From the NCBI GenBank assembly GCA_963555825.3, contig CAUVXB020000002.1:2304001-2368000 (forward strand): a DNA stretch of 64,000 nt, given 5' to 3'. This document shows positions 32,651 through 42,374 of this stretch, piece by piece. Both the position numbers and the translations under genes were made by a program. Source of the DNA: Alphaproteobacteria bacterium (lineage in GTDB: Bacteria; Pseudomonadota; Alphaproteobacteria; JAAXGF01). The notes below the pieces were generated by a model that was given only the letters and a program-made list of their open reading frames with translations, was not told the origin of the DNA and did not search any database. Position 1 is the first letter of the stretch; each line of letters begins with the position of its first letter.

Positions 32651-33703
32651 TCGCGCCTCCTAAAAACAAATAGAGACATAATCATATCAATTTATCGATC
32701 AGGACACTAGCCATTTAACACCGTTTTTTCTCTGGTTCTGGTCGGGGCATGCATCGAAAACCTGCCCCGGTTGCAACTCGGAACCGGAGAAAAGACCATG
32801 TGGAATCTTTCCCTAAACCAGTCTCGTGTCGACCGCCTAAAACCACAAAACTCTACCTACGACATCCGCGATACCGACCTTAAAGGTTTCGGGATCAGGA
32901 TCCTGCCCTCGGGCAAGAAAAGCTACTTCCTTCAAACGCAGTACGAAGGCCGGCGCCGCTGGACGAAGATCAGCGATGCCGACGCCATGTCCGAGGCCGA
33001 GGCCCGGTCGCAAGCGCGATCGTTGTTGGCAGCCATCAGGAAAGGACAGGACAGTGTCCCCGATCTACCGGCGGATATCGCTTTCGAGGCAGTCGCCGAT
33101 GAGGTGTTTGCGTATTACCGGAGGCACTGGAAACCGCGGACGCTCGCCGTCAACCTGAACTACTATGAGAACAATATTCTGCCGTGGTTCAAGGGGCGGC
33201 AATGCCTCGGGTTTGGCCGATCGCCGGTATTACGCGGCCTGAGGTGCTGGAATGGTTCGAGTCGCTTCACGCGAAGCCGGCCTCGGCGAACCGATCTCTA
33301 CCGGCGCTGTCGGTCATCCTGCGGCAGGCCGAGGAGTACGGATACAGGCCAGAGGACAGCAACCCTTGCAAAGACATCAAGCGCTACCGCCGCCGCGCTC
33401 GGGAACGCTTCCTGTCGCCAGATGAAATCCGTCGCGTCGCTGAAGTTCTGAATCGGTATGACGTGACGCGCCCGGCCCAGGCAGCTGTTATCCGATTGTT
33501 GTTACTGACGGGGTGTCGCAAGGGCGAACTTTTTACCCTCAAATGGCGGGATTACCGGGAAGGCAAACTCTTCCTTCGGGATAGCTGAGAACGGCAGAGC
33601 AATAATCCCCCACTGAAGCGGCCGGTCGATCCGGCTGCGGCGGACCAAAATGGGACCGCGTATAGCCTTCTGTCAGGGTTGCTCTGACTGGAAGGCGGGG
33701 GGG

Positions 33704-35203
33704 ATGTATCGGGTGGAGTTGTACGCACGGGTTCGGCGGGCGTGTCATGTCGAGGGGATGAGCACCCGCGAGGCCTCGCGGGTGTTTGGTGTAGACCGCA
33801 AGACGGTCCGTAAGATGCTGTCGTTCTCGGTGCCGCCAGGGTATCGCCGAAGCGCGCCGCCGAGGCGGCCAAAGCTGGGTCCGTTCACGGGAATCATCGA
33901 TCGGATCTTGGAAGACGATCGGACCAGCCACCGCAAGCAACGGCACACTGCGAAGCGCATCTTCGACCGCCTCCGGGACGAGTACGGTTTCACGGGCGGC
34001 TACACCATCGTGAAGGACTACGTTCGTGAGCAGGGGCTTCGGTCGCGTGAGGTGTTCGTGCCACTCTCCCATTCCCCCGGTCACGCCCAGGCGGACTTCG
34101 GCGAAGCGATGGCGGTGATCGGCGGCGCGTTACGGAAGATCCACTTCCTTGCCTTCGACCTTCCCCACAGTGATGGTTGCTTTGTTGCGGCCTATCCGGC
34201 GGAGACGACCGAAGCATTCTGCGATGGCCACAACGCGGCGTTTGCCTTCTTCGGCGGCGTCCCCCGATCCATCCTGTACGACAACACCAAGCTGGCGGTT
34301 GCCCGGATCCTGGGCGATGGGAAGCGGCAGCGAACGCGCGTCTTCACGGAGCTTCAGTCCCACTATCTGTTCGAGGACAGGTTCGGCCGGCCGGGCAAGG
34401 GCAACGACAAGGGCAAGGTCGAGGGACTGGTCGGCTTCATCCGGCGGAACTTCCTGGTCCCCGTCCCGCGTGCCGAGAGCTTCGCGGCCCTCAACGATGC
34501 TCTCGCCGAACAGTGCCGCCGGCGCCAGGCGGCGCGGCTGCGGGGCCACAAGGAGACCATCGGCGAGCGTCTCGAGCGGGATCGTCAAGTTCTCTTGCCA
34601 TTGCCGCCTGCTCCCTATGATGCCTGCGATAAGCGCCCTGGACGGGCGAGTTCGCTGTCGCTGGTGCGTTACCGCAGCAACGACTATTCCGTGCCCGTGG
34701 CCTACGGCCACCGTGAGGTGCTCATCCGGGGCTACGTCGATGAGGTGGTGATCAGCTGCGGGGCCGAGGTGATCGCCCGGCACCGCCGGTCCTACGACAG
34801 CGAGGACCTGATCTTCGACCCGCTGCATTACCTGCCCTTGATCGAGCAGAAGATCGGCGCCCTCGACCAGGCCGCGCCGTTGGCGGGCTGGGACCTGCCC
34901 GAGGCCTTCATCACTCTGCGGCGGCTCCTCGAAGCTCGTATGGGCAAGGCAGGCAAGCGCGAGTACGTCCAGGTGCTCCGTCTACTGGAGACCTTCCGGC
35001 TCGAGGAGGTCGAGGGTGCGGTCGGCGACGCCCTGCGGCTCGGCGCAATCGGCTTTGATGCGGTGAAGCACCTGGTACTGTGCCGCATCGAGCGGCGGCC
35101 GCCCAGGCTCAACCTCGACGTCTATCCGTATCTGCCGCGCGCCCGGGTCGCGATGACGTCCGCCAAGTCGTACATGAGCCTGCTGTCGGGGCTCGGCGCA
35201 TGA
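33704..35203 (+). CDS. istA: IS21 transposase IstA
   Basis: Protein identical to 11091-12590. Confidence 0.95.
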   Translation: MYRVELYARVRRACHVEGMSTREASRVFGVDRKTVRKMLSFSVPPGYRRSAPPRRPKLGPFTGIIDRILEDDRTSHRKQRHTAKRIFDRLRDEYGFTGGYTIVKDYVREQGLRSREVFVPLSHSPGHAQADFGEAMAVIGGALRKIHFLAFDLPHSDGCFVAAYPAETTEAFCDGHNAAFAFFGGVPRSILYDNTKLAVARILGDGKRQRTRVFTELQSHYLFEDRFGRPGKGNDKGKVEGLVGFIRRNFLVPVPRAESFAALNDALAEQCRRRQAARLRGHKETIGERLERDRQVLLPLPPAPYDACDKRPGRASSLSLVRYRSNDYSVPVAYGHREVLIRGYVDEVVISCGAEVIARHRRSYDSEDLIFDPLHYLPLIEQKIGALDQAAPLAGWDLPEAFITLRRLLEARMGKAGKREYVQVLRLLETFRLEEVEGAVGDALRLGAIGFDAVKHLVLCRIERRPPRLNLDVYPYLPRARVAMTSAKSYMSLLSGLGA

Positions 35204-35964
35204 CCGACACACCGCAAGTGCTGCTCGCCCACCACCTCAAGACGCTGAAGCTGCCGACCTTCCTGCGCGAGTACGACAAGATCGCCCGGCAGTGCGCCTC
35301 GGAAGGCGTCGATCACGTCCGCTACCTGTTGAGACTCGCCGAGCTCGAGCTGATCGACCGCGAGCGCCGCATGGTCGAGCGGCGCATCAAGGCGGCGCGC
35401 TTCCCCGTGGTCAAGAGCCTCGACAGCTTCGACTTCAAGGTCATCCCCTCGCTCAACAAGGCGCTGGTCCTGGAGCTGGCCCGCTGCGAGTACATCGAGC
35501 GCCGCGAGAACCTCATCGCGCTCGGCAACAGTGGGACCGGCAAGACCCACATCGCCCTCGGTCTCGGCCTGGCGGCCTGCCAGAAGGGCCTCTCGGTCGG
35601 CTTCATCACCGCCGCCGCGCTGGTCCACGAACTCATCGAGGCCCGCGATGACAAGCAGCTGCTGAGGTTCCAGAAGAAGCTCGCCACCTACAAGCTTCTG
35701 ATCGTCGACGAACTCGGCTTCGTGCCGCTGTCGAAGACCGGCGCCGAGCTGTTGTTCGAGGTGTTCAGCCAACGCTACGAGCGGGGCTCGACCCTGGTCA
35801 CCACCAATCTGCCCTTCGACGAATGGACCGAGGTGTTCGGCTCCGAGCGCCTCACCGGCGCGCTCCTCGATCGCCTCACCCACCACGTCAACATCCTCGA
35901 GATGAACGGTGACAGCTACAGGCTCAACCAGAGCCGCAGGCGTCAAACCCCGACTGCTAACTGA
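35200..35964 (+). CDS. istB: IS21 helper ATPase IstB
   Basis: Walker A/B motifs; ATGA overlap with istA. Confidence 0.95.
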   Translation: MTDTPQVLLAHHLKTLKLPTFLREYDKIARQCASEGVDHVRYLLRLAELELIDRERRMVERRIKAARFPVVKSLDSFDFKVIPSLNKALVLELARCEYIERRENLIALGNSGTGKTHIALGLGLAACQKGLSVGFITAAALVHELIEARDDKQLLRFQKKLATYKLLIVDELGFVPLSKTGAELLFEVFSQRYERGSTLVTTNLPFDEWTEVFGSERLTGALLDRLTHHVNILEMNGDSYRLNQSRRRQTPTAN

Positions 35965-36518
35965 ACCGACCACCCAGCCCACGCTTGACCCCGTGGGCCC
36001 ACAGGTCCCTCCCGCGCGCGCCGCCGCGTCAGCCTGTTGAGGGCACGCCGCGTCGCGCGCGGGGCCCTCCCGTGGACTACGGGGACAAGCCCGCAGCCGC
36101 CAAGCGGTCCCTTCTTACACCGCCGAGGTGGTCCCTTTTTGCTCCGCCATTGACAGATAGCAAATCGGGGCCGCGCACGGTCTGGCTGTCGTCCGCCGCG
36201 CGGGAGGTGCTGGACCGGTTGCCCAGGAAAAATGCATGGGTCTTTCCCTCGCATTGGGGCAACTTGGAGCATCTGTCGGGAATCGCCGATTTCTGGCGGG
36301 ACGTGTGCACGGAAGCCAGCATACGCGATGTCCGGCCGCACGATCTCAGGCATACTTACGCCAGCATTGCCCTCATGCATGGCGAAACCGTGCTGACCAT
36401 AGGCCGGTTGCTGGGGCACGACCAACCGGGGACCACGCTCAAATACACCAACTTCGCCGATGCGGCAGCCCGAGAGGCGGTCGATGCCGTCTCGTCGGTT
36501 CTGCGGAGGGTTTGAGCC

Positions 36519-36615
36519 ATGGCAAGGAAGATCAAGCTGACCGATACAAGGATCAGCAAGCTCAAAGCCGGGGATGTCGAATACATAGTTTGGGACACCC
36601 GGATTGACGGGTTCG
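36519..36615 (+). pseudogene. second tandem integrase, N-terminal fragment
   Basis: MARKIKLTDTRISKLKAGDVEYIVWDTRIDGF; truncated at GGGTTCG. Confidence 0.75.
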
Positions 36616-36761
36616 TTGTGTGTGATATTATACCATTGATCTAATTGGTATTTTATATGTACTCATTTCTCCCGTAAGCGAAACGAAAGCGAATTCAATC
36701 AAACTCCAGCGCTTGCGGGCGCATCTCTGACGTAGCTCCCGGCGGCCCATCGGGGGCTGCC
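36616..36761 (+). repeat. conserved non-coding module, copy B
   Basis: Inverted homologue of 21358-21502; AT-rich first half, conserved GC-richer second half. Confidence 0.8.
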
Positions 36762-36829
36762 CTTGCGGTGGACACCGGCAAAGTGCCCGCCGGTGCGTAT
36801 CTCAAGTGCCTCATCGGCAAGCTTGCCGC

Positions 36830-37235
36830 TGATTTCGGCACCATCGAGCACCCACCAGGGGCGAAGACCACTCGCATCCGCGGAGCCCTCCGCGTGCCTC
36901 TCCACGCATCGCCAAGGGGAAGCTTCGGCCATAACAGGATAGCTCAACACCTCGTCACGCAGCACCTCCGAAAGCCGGCGCCTGACGGCCAGGCCCGCAT
37001 AGCGCTGGACGCGACCTTCTCGTTGCTCGAGATCGAGTGGATTGGACGAGATATCCCAATGAACCGCATTCGCGCACCGGGGGTGAAAATCGAGACCCTC
37101 CTGACCAACGGACGTTGTTGCCAAGACATGTGGCCAGAATGGCGTATTGAAACTCCTGCGGACTTCATCGGGGCGGACTGGAGCGGCTTGCGCTTTGCCG
37201 CCCGCCACCTTGACGACGGGCTGGGTCTCGGCGTC
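36830..37235 (-). pseudogene. SF2 helicase C-terminal domain fragment
   Basis: FNTPFWPHVLATTSVGQEGLDFH and NPLDLEQREGRVQRY (motif V/VI-like); cut by the IS3 element. Confidence 0.75.
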
Positions 37236-37337
37236 TGTCTGACGTCAGCGCCTTTGGGATAAATTGAGGTAATTGCATAACGGAGGATTTCTGGCTCATC
37301 GTAGTGACCGAAGGGAACGAAGATGAGACAGAAATCA

Positions 37338-37670
37338 ATGAGCAAGAACGACCCGGCGGAGAGAACGGTTCGGGATATTCGCCGCAAGACACGCAAGCAG
37401 TATACGGCCGAGGAGAAGATCCGGATCGTGGTGTCGGGCCTGCGCGGCGAGGAGAGCATCGCCGCCTTGTGCCGCCGCGAGGGCATCGCCGAGGGTCTGT
37501 ATTACAGCTGGTCGAAAGAGTTTTTGGAAGCGGGCAAGAAGCGGCTCGCCGGCGACACCGGGCGCCAAGCGACCTCGGGCGAGGTTAAAGGCCTGCGCCA
37601 GGAGATGCGCGACTTGAAGGAGTTGGTCGCCGAACTTTCGCTGGAGAACCGGCTTCTCAAAAAAACATGA
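37338..37670 (+). CDS. IS3 orfA
   Basis: YTAEEKIRIV HTH plus leucine zipper (LSLENRLLKK). Confidence 0.88.
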   Translation: MSKNDPAERTVRDIRRKTRKQYTAEEKIRIVVSGLRGEESIAALCRREGIAEGLYYSWSKEFLEAGKKRLAGDTGRQATSGEVKGLRQEMRDLKELVAELSLENRLLKKT

Positions 37671-37692
37671 TCGGGCATGGGGGAGACGAGGA

Positions 37693-38673
37693 ATGAGGTA
37701 TCCCGCATCCGAGAAGCTGGAGATCATCCGCCTGGTCGAGCAGTCCCACCTGGGCGTCGGGTCCACTTTGGACAAGCTGGGCATTCCGAAGACCACCTTT
37801 TATCGCTGGTACGATCGCTTTCTGGCCTTTGGCGACGCCGGTCTTGAGGATCGCAACAGCAGCCCGGGCCGGGTGTGGAACCGGATCCCGGATGATGTCC
37901 GGGGGCAGATCATCGATCTTGCCCTGGAGGAGACGCAACTGTCGCCCCGGGAACTGGCCGTCAGGTTTACGGACACCAGGGGCTACTTTGTCTCGGAAGC
38001 CTCGGTTTACCGGCTTCTCAAGGCCCACGACCTGATCACCAGCCCCGCTTTCGTGGTCATCAAGGCAGCCGATGAGTTCCGCGACAAGACCACGGCGCCG
38101 AACCAGCTGTGGCAGACCGACTTCACCTATCTCAAGGTCATCGGCTGGGGCTGGTTTTACCTGTCGACCATCCTGGACGACTATTCCCGCTACATAATTG
38201 CTTGGAAGCTCTGCACCAACATGACGGCGGACGATGTGACGGCAACACTGAAGTTGGCGCTAGAAGCCTCAGGCTGCAATCGCGCCAATGTCGTCCACAA
38301 GCCGAGGCTGCTCAGCGACAACGGCTCGTCCTATATCTCCGGCGATCTGGCTGAATGGCTCGAGGACCACGGTATGGATCACGTTCGGGGCGCACCGTAT
38401 CACCCGCAAACCCAGGGCAAGATCGAGCGCTGGCATCAAACGCTGAAGAACCGGATCCTGCTTGAAAATTATTATCTACCCGGCGATCTCGAAAACCAGA
38501 TCAGCGCCTTCGTCGATCACTACAACAACCAACGCTACCACGAGAGCATCGGCAACGTAACTCCAGCCGACGCCTACTTTGGACGCCACACCGCCATCAT
38601 CGAAAAGAGAAAAAGGATCAAAAAACTGACCACCCAAAACCGCCGCTTGAACCATCAACGCCAAGCGGCTTAA
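37693..38673 (+). CDS. IS3 orfB DDE transposase
   Basis: WQTDFTY, LSDNGSSY, QGKIERWH. Confidence 0.92.
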   Translation: MRYPASEKLEIIRLVEQSHLGVGSTLDKLGIPKTTFYRWYDRFLAFGDAGLEDRNSSPGRVWNRIPDDVRGQIIDLALEETQLSPRELAVRFTDTRGYFVSEASVYRLLKAHDLITSPAFVVIKAADEFRDKTTAPNQLWQTDFTYLKVIGWGWFYLSTILDDYSRYIIAWKLCTNMTADDVTATLKLALEASGCNRANVVHKPRLLSDNGSSYISGDLAEWLEDHGMDHVRGAPYHPQTQGKIERWHQTLKNRILLENYYLPGDLENQISAFVDHYNNQRYHESIGNVTPADAYFGRHTAIIEKRKRIKKLTTQNRRLNHQRQAA

Positions 38674-38746
38674 CATCAAACAAAGATGAGCCAGATCCTC
38701 CCTTATGAAACACGCTCAACAGTCCCATTTGTTTTGATGACGGACA

Positions 38747-39838
38747 GTCGCGCACCTCGGTCCAGGGTGCCTGGTTGCCGGGCCGCAGGAGCCCTCGGAC
38801 CTTCAGCTTGAGCCGAGCCACGCTCTTCCTGGACGGGCTCGCCCCCAGATACCAGTGGCCATCCTTGCGAAAGCGCTGCGAGCCGAAGCTATAGCCCAGG
38901 AAGTCGAAGCTCTCCTTGCGGCCATCGCGGACGCTGGTCTTGGCCTCGTTCAGGGTCAGTCCCAGCCGGGTCATCACCTGCCGCGTCCAAGCCAAGGCCT
39001 CCCTCGCGTGTCCGCGACTGAGGATGACAAGGTCATCGGCATAGTTCACCACCTCGGCGCGGAACCTTGTGCCCTGCCCGGTGATCCGCCAGTACTTCAG
39101 AAAGCGGTTCATGTAGAGCGCGGCGAGCAGCGGCGAAACAATCCCGCCTTGCGGGGTTCCCGGTGTGCTCCCCCGGCCGCCCGTCATGCGCCGCTTGCCA
39201 TCCCCGTCGGTCTCCTCGACCGGTGTCTTGAGCCACAATTTGATCAGGCGCAGGACGTTGCGATCGACGATCCGGCGCGCAACCGATTGCATCAGTTCCG
39301 CATGGGAAATCGTATCGAAGTACTTGGACAAATCCGCGTCAACCACGTCCGTGTAGCCGCGACAGAGAAGCTTGTGGACCGCCTGGACGGCATCGCCCGC
39401 AGAGCGTTTCGGTCGGTAGCCATAGGCACTGGGCTCGAGATCGGCCTCGAAGATCGGTTCGATCACGAGCTTGACGGCGCCTTGCACCACCCGGTCCCGG
39501 ATCGTCGGGATGCCGAGCGGTCGTTCGCCGCCGCCGGGCTTTGGGACCATCGCCCGCCGCACCGGCTCAGGTCTGTACGTCTTGGCGCGAAGGTCGTCCC
39601 TGATCCCGGACAGCCACCCCTCCAGCCCCATCGCCTCGATCTCCTCGAAGCTCTGTCCATCCACCCCCGGCGCGCCCTTGTTGGACCGCGCCAGTCGGTA
39701 GGCATGGAACAGGATGTCTTCGCGGTAGACCTTGTCGTAGAGCAGGTAGAAGCGGAAGTCCGGTTCCGCCTTCGCCTTGAGATAGAGCTTCCTCTGGAGA
39801 GTCCGGATCTTTTCAGGTGTTTGCAGGCGCATCGCCAA
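38747..39838 (-). pseudogene. ltrA: group II intron reverse transcriptase/maturase, truncated in domain X
   Basis: GAPGVDG, RPLGIPTIRDRVVQ, DADLSKYFD, GTPQGGIVSPLL, YADD, FDFLGY. Confidence 0.92.
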
Positions 39839-40322
39839 TCACCCCGCCTCCTCTCCGTCAAAAGCGCACCAGAAGTAAGGGTGCTTCCCTCCGCCGGCAT
39901 TACCCGGCATCAACGGTACTATCACCCTTTCCGATTCCCGCCCGCGCCGCCACCCGAGGTGACGTTGAGGCCGCTACCCTCGCCCGCGACGGGCCTCCCC
40001 CGATTACCCGTATCACCTTCCTTGCGTGCCGTGCCCACTACCCCGGCGGACCGGAACGGGTGCATTCGTCGGTTACTCCCCCGTTCCACGCGGCCTTCCC
40101 CTAATCTCAGGAGGGTCGGCGTCCACATCTTCACTTTCGAGGCCTGCTCAGGCTTCACTCGCGTTCGGCCCGCAAGGTCGCTCAACCGCCCAAGGCGGCC
40201 TTTGTCACAGGGCTTCGGTCCCGCCGGTTACCAGACAAGACCGCCTGTCAGCTACCAGATCAAACCGACAACTGTCTGGGTGGATCCTTCCTCCACTGGT
40301 GTTACGCGCCGTCGGGGCGCAC
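38747..40322 (-). mobile_element. group II intron, 3'-truncated
   Basis: 5' boundary GTGCG at 40322, ~480 nt leader, then RT ORF; domains V/VI absent (cut at the IS3 end). Confidence 0.85.
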
Positions 40323-40335
40323 TGAGAAGTCCGGG

Positions 40336-40927
40336 ATGAACGGGTGCTGGCCTTCTACAACGACCGGGGCACAGCCGAGCAGCACATCAAGAAGGGCAAG
40401 TATGCGCTCAAATGGACGCGGCTCTCCTGCATGCGCTTCGCGGCAAACGCCGCTCGTCTCCGCCTTCACGGACTTGCCTACAATCTGGCGAACTTCCTGC
40501 GGACGCTGGCGACGCCCGAGGAGATCGAGCGCTGGTCGCTCACCAGCCTCCACGAACGGCTGATCAAGACCGGCGCCCGGTTGGTGCGCCATGGCCGCTA
40601 CGCCGCGTTCCAGATGGCCGAGGCCTTGCTGCCACGGGCAGTCTTCGCAGGTCTCCACGACCTGATCATTGGACTGCGCGATCCGCCGGCTGGAGCATTG
40701 TCCGCATGATCGAAACCGCGTCCAGAGCGGCGGCACGCACTGATGGTGACGGGAGAGGTGCGACCGGAACATGGCAACATCATGCTCCTCGCGGGCCCTG
40801 GACGGCGTTGGCGCGCTTTCCGACCCCGGCACGGACTATACAACAGGCTGCACGGGCGAATCTCCGCTTGATAATCGCTTTCGTCAGTGGCACGATCACC
40901 GAAGGGAATGCAAATGGGGAATCCTGG
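40336..40927 (+). mobile_element. IS1380-family 3' remnant (transposase C-terminus to 40709 plus right end)
   Basis: FYNDRGTAEQHIK..WTRLSC..LAYNLANF; end TGGGGAATCCTGG. Confidence 0.85.
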
Positions 40928-41002
40928 CTGACATGACTCACCGCGAATCCGAAACTCGGGCTTGCAAGAAATCAGTCGTTGGACAAAGGGAGGACATACC
41001 TG

Positions 41003-42190
41003 ATGCAAACAACAAAGATGAGACTTCATCGTCGTGATTTTCTGAAGGCTTCGACCGCTGCCTCGACAGCCGCGGCATTCGGAGCATTTGCTCTGGCCGG
41101 GAACGGGGCCGCCATTGCGGCAACACAAGCCACCGATAAAAGCGGGTCAATGATGGTTGCCCAGGCGTCGATGACCGAAGGGGACATCGCCGCTCTTCCG
41201 CGCTTCAAGCTTGATCTTGTCGCCCCGCCTTTCGTTCCAAAGCACGATCAGGTCGCATCCGGCGGGCCGAAGGTGGTCGAAGTCACAATGACCGCTAAAG
41301 AGATGCGTTGGACTGTCGATGACGGAGGCGCCGAAATCTGGGCCAGTACATTCGACGGTTCTATTCCCGGTCCGCTGATCGTCTGCCATCAGGACGACTA
41401 CATCGAGTTGACGCTCAAGAACCCGGCGGAAAACTTGATGGAGCACAATATCGATTTCCACGCATCCACGGGCGCACTGGGCGGTGGAGGGCTGACGCTC
41501 ATCGGTCCCGGTGAGGAGACAGTGTTGCGCTTCAAAGCCACGAAGCCGGGCGTCTTCATCTATCACTGCGCCCCTGGCGGCCAGATGATTCCCTATCACG
41601 TCGTGCATGGGATGAACGGCGCCATCATGGTCCTGCCCCGCGAAGGTCTGACCGACGGGAAAGGCGGTCTGCTCTCTTATGACCGCGCATACTATGTCGG
41701 AGAGCAGGATTTCTATATCCCGAAGGATGAAAACGACGACTGGAAAGTCTACGACGGAATGGCCGAGAACTTCGGCGACGTCTTTCCGATCATGCGCTCT
41801 CTGGTTCCGACCCATCTCGTGTTCAACGGCAAGGTCGGTGCCTTGACAGGCGACGGCGCCATGAAGGCGGCCGTCGGTGAGACCGTGTTGTTCATCCACT
41901 CACAAGCCAACCGTGACTCGCGCCCGCATCTGATCGGTGGTCACGGCGACTATGTTTGGGAAAACGGCTCTTTCGCCGATGCGCCGGCGACCGGTCTCGA
42001 AACCTGGTTTATCCGCGGAGGCTCGGCGGGCGCAGCGATGTACACTTTCCGTCAACCGGGAGTGTACGCTTACCTGAACCACAACCTCATCGAGGCGGTT
42101 GAACTAGGCGCTTTGTCGCATGTCGTCGTCGAGGGTGAGTGGGACGACAACTTGATGAAACAGGTGAAAAAGGCAACTAAAATGCCTTGA
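41003..42190 (+). CDS. nirK: copper-containing nitrite reductase
   Basis: Tat signal RRDFLK; [42 protein letters not shown] Cu-ligand motifs; RBS GGAGG. Confidence 0.96.
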   Translation: MQTTKMRLHRRDFLKASTAASTAAAFGAFALAGNGAAIAATQATDKSGSMMVAQASMTEGDIAALPRFKLDLVAPPFVPKHDQVASGGPKVVEVTMTAKEMRWTVDDGGAEIWASTFDGSIPGPLIVCHQDDYIELTLKNPAENLMEHNIDFHASTGALGGGGLTLIGPGEETVLRFKATKPGVFIYHCAPGGQMIPYHVVHGMNGAIMVLPREGLTDGKGGLLSYDRAYYVGEQDFYIPKDENDDWKVYDGMAENFGDVFPIMRSLVPTHLVFNGKVGALTGDGAMKAAVGETVLFIHSQANRDSRPHLIGGHGDYVWENGSFADAPATGLETWFIRGGSAGAAMYTFRQPGVYAYLNHNLIEAVELGALSHVVVEGEWDDNLMKQVKKATKMP

Positions 42191-42374
42191 TGCGTGCCTA
42201 TCCGCTTTACGCATACACACACTAGGGGTAGATTGTGTGCGTAAAATGGCGGGTCAAACTCGGATTTCTCACCGGATTTCTCACCGAAGAATAGTGTGGA
42301 GTCTGATTATCTATTGTAAACAAACAGTTATATAAATTTTCGGGAAGCGACAAAAATACAGGGTGTTTTTCCGT

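Larger units (their letters stand above)
27985..32710 (-). mobile_element. head-to-tail array of four IS630-family elements (1181-bp period)
   Basis: CTAG junctions at 27985, 29166, 30345, 31526, 32707; ends GTGTCC..GGACAC. Confidence 0.95.
33586..36155 (+). mobile_element. IS21-family IS, copy 2 (intact, 2570 bp)
   Basis: Ends TGAGAACGG / CCATTGACA; 6-bp DR GATAGC. Confidence 0.95.
32798..36515 (+). pseudogene. tyrosine integrase with arm-binding domain, broken by a 17-bp insertion and IS21
   Basis: DTDLKGFGIR N-terminus, LLTGCRKGE, then after IS21 DSKSGPR..HDLRHTYAS..LLGH..TTLKY. Confidence 0.9.
37236..38746 (+). mobile_element. IS3-family IS
   Basis: Imperfect IRs TGTCTGACGTCAG / TTGATGACGGACA; orfA-orfB with an A-rich slippery run at the end of orfA. 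Confidence 0.88.

Noticed and set aside
27988-32710. Long antisense ORFs (385-393 aa) over IS630, and similar ones over IS21, IS256, RT and others
   Set aside because: Shadow frames of high-GC coding genes; no domain signal.
32798-36515. Integron integrase with cassette array
   Set aside because: Has an arm-binding N-terminus of island/phage integrases; no attC-like repeats seen.
37233-38749. GTC/GTC as a true target duplication of the IS3 element
   Set aside because: The flanks belong to different genes (helicase versus intron RT), so a 3-bp match is likely chance or target preference after recombination.
38618-39838. RT as retron, DGR or defence RT
   Set aside because: Group II intron RT motifs, domain X start and GTGCG 5' boundary; no template/variable repeat pair or effector gene. 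The ORF tail past 38747 is IS3 sequence.
40950-40980. NnrR/FNR box upstream of nirK
   Set aside because: TTGCAAGAAATCAG matches only partly; not supportable.
42225-42350. Tn3-like IR/res site after nirK (GGGGTAG.. plus AT-rich tract and a 12-bp duplication)
   Set aside because: No partner end and no Tn3 transposase or resolvase; poor match to the 38-bp consensus.
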